The notes below the pieces were generated by a model. It was not told the DNA's origin, searched no databases, and saw only the letters and a program-made list of their open reading frames with translations. From positions 732-64,731 of the forward strand of contig CAZNFL010000001.1 of assembly GCA_964572455.1 (NCBI GenBank): 64,000 nucleotides of DNA, written 5' to 3'. Source of the stretch: an uncultured Anaerolineaceae bacterium (lineage in GTDB: Bacteria > Chloroflexota > Anaerolineae > Anaerolineales > UBA11579). Below are positions 63,043 to 64,000 of this stretch, piece by piece (within the stretch, counting starts at the first letter, position 1; every line of letters begins with the position of its first letter). Made by a program: the position numbers and the translations under genes.

Positions 63043-64000
63043 CTAACGCCCATACAGCACCGAGATCTCGTCTTCATATAAGAGCTGCCAGCCTTCGCTC
63101 TTTAGCAATTGGGCTATCGGCCAGCCGGGCTCGATCAGAACGAGGCGGACCTGCCACTTATCCAAGGTTTCCTGCCAGCCGGGCTTGGCGCTCACCGCGT
63201 CCAGCCATTCAGTGAACACTCCGTCCGTATATAGATCGGTACGCCCGTCCACAAACACGGGATAGTCGCGCAGGGTCCACAGCAAATATCCGCCCCAATT
63301 ATAGGAGTTGAATAGCTTCCCGGGTGGCCGTACCCTTTGGATGTACTCCACTGCCGCCACGGGCATCTTGGCGGCCAACGCCTGCGCATTGGCTGCCGCC
63401 GGATAGACCAGGGCGAGGCGCGCCAAGACGGCCAGCGCCACCAACGCTACGATGGCGACATTCAGCCAGCACAGCCAGGCCGGCGCAGCTTTCAGCTTGC
63501 CCGCCTTTTTGCGCCGAAGCTTCTCGCCCAGCTCCTGTAGCCAGGGTTCCGCATGGCGGGTTAGCACCACGGGCGCCGCCAGGGCGAACAGCGGGATGTT
63601 GCGCACAGCTAGCAGGCCCAGAAAGCCGAAGCCGGCCACCAGCAGAAAGTCACTCAAGGCCAGCGGCCAGCGCGCCGCACCCAGCACACCGACCAGCAAA
63701 AGCAGCAGCCAGGCGAAAGGCTGCGCCTGCAGGGTATGGAAATCTGGCGATTGCCACTCGGCGATCGAAGCTTGCACCGCGCCGAGTGAGAGGGTCTCAA
63801 AAGGAAATGCAAACACCGCAGGCCCGGCAGGGTTAATGCAGGCGGCAACCGCGGCGCCAAGTCCTGCCAGCCCCAGCGCGCCGAGGCGATCTCGGGAGAC
63901 TTTGAGGGCCTTGCCAGTGCGGCGATAGCGGGCCACCGCCCAGCGAACACCCTCATCGACCAAGTAGACGCCCAGCAGCAGAAAGCCGATGGCGAAACCC
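63043..64000 (-). CDS. polytopic membrane protein with C-terminal soluble domain, GT-C-like (5' end outside window)
   Basis: The frame stays open to the window edge (GFAIGFLLLGVYLVDEG...). It has multiple TM helices. The C-terminus is FNSYNWGGYLLWTLRDYPVFVDGRTDLY...VLYGR. Confidence 0.6.
   Translation of the reverse strand, partial: GFAIGFLLLGVYLVDEGVRWAVARYRRTGKALKVSRDRLGALGLAGLGAAVAACINPAGPAVFAFPFETLSLGAVQASIAEWQSPDFHTLQAQPFAWLLLLLVGVLGAARWPLALSDFLLVAGFGFLGLLAVRNIPLFALAAPVVLTRHAEPWLQELGEKLRRKKAGKLKAAPAWLCWLNVAIVALVALAVLARLALVYPAAANAQALAAKMPVAAVEYIQRVRPPGKLFNSYNWGGYLLWTLRDYPVFVDGRTDLYTDGVFTEWLDAVSAKPGWQETLDKWQVRLVLIEPGWPIAQLLKSEGWQLLYEDEISVLYGR

Noticed and set aside
1-64000. CRISPR arrays, rRNA genes, IS elements or transposases, toxin-antitoxin pairs, and known defence systems
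   Set aside because: I scanned for regularly spaced direct repeats, transposase or integrase motifs and typical small paired ORFs and found none. The only repeats are the palindromic intergenic elements listed as features.

Overview
GC-rich (about 60% by eye) bacterial chromosomal segment. Coding density is high and I found no transposase, integrase, CRISPR array or rRNA. The gene content suggests a Chloroflexota/Anaerolineae-like organism, but this cannot be verified from the sequence alone. The supporting features are an mreBCD-mrdA-minCDE-rodA block, a secretin-less Flp/Tad locus, two-subunit KorAB, and AKQSP/LAMT-type palindromic repeats.

Order of content:
- pyk 3' end and korAB.
- A minus-strand Fe-S/energy block: an IscX-like ORF, nuoB, nuoCD, nuoI, a 4-Cys protein, mrp/apbC, a PSP1/RicT-like gene and a VOC gene. 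It is interrupted by palindromic repeats.
- A small accessory stretch: CAP-LysM protein, azlCD, an SRPBCC-ArsR operon, a GNAT gene and a low-GC methyltransferase.
- glmS with its ribozyme.
- The cell-shape/division block, then gltX, an aldehyde dehydrogenase and tRNA-Gln(CUG), followed by a low-GC islet.
- Two large GT-C/YfhO-type membrane proteins and a ylm-type cluster (pgeF-yggS-yggT-DUF167).
- A thiol-redox cluster plus a Tat-exported L,D-transpeptidase.
- A CsoR-controlled copper island: csoR-copZ-SHOCT-copB-doxX-copA.
- Pterin genes (SDR-folB, folE).
- A long co-directional Flp/Tad pilus locus headed by a DegS/DegU-like two-component system. It contains comF and hpf.

The most noteworthy points are two real-looking small genes missing from the ORF track (the IscX-like ORF upstream of nuoB, which lacks a canonical start codon, and a second Flp pilin), the orphan complex I Q-module embedded among Fe-S assembly genes, an expanded glmS ribozyme, and the Tad/ComF/two-component architecture. 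I see no clearly unprecedented multi-gene system; the Tad-ComF-DegSU arrangement and the Q-module/Fe-S cluster are the best candidates. All coordinates were counted by hand and may be off by a few nt for non-CDS features.
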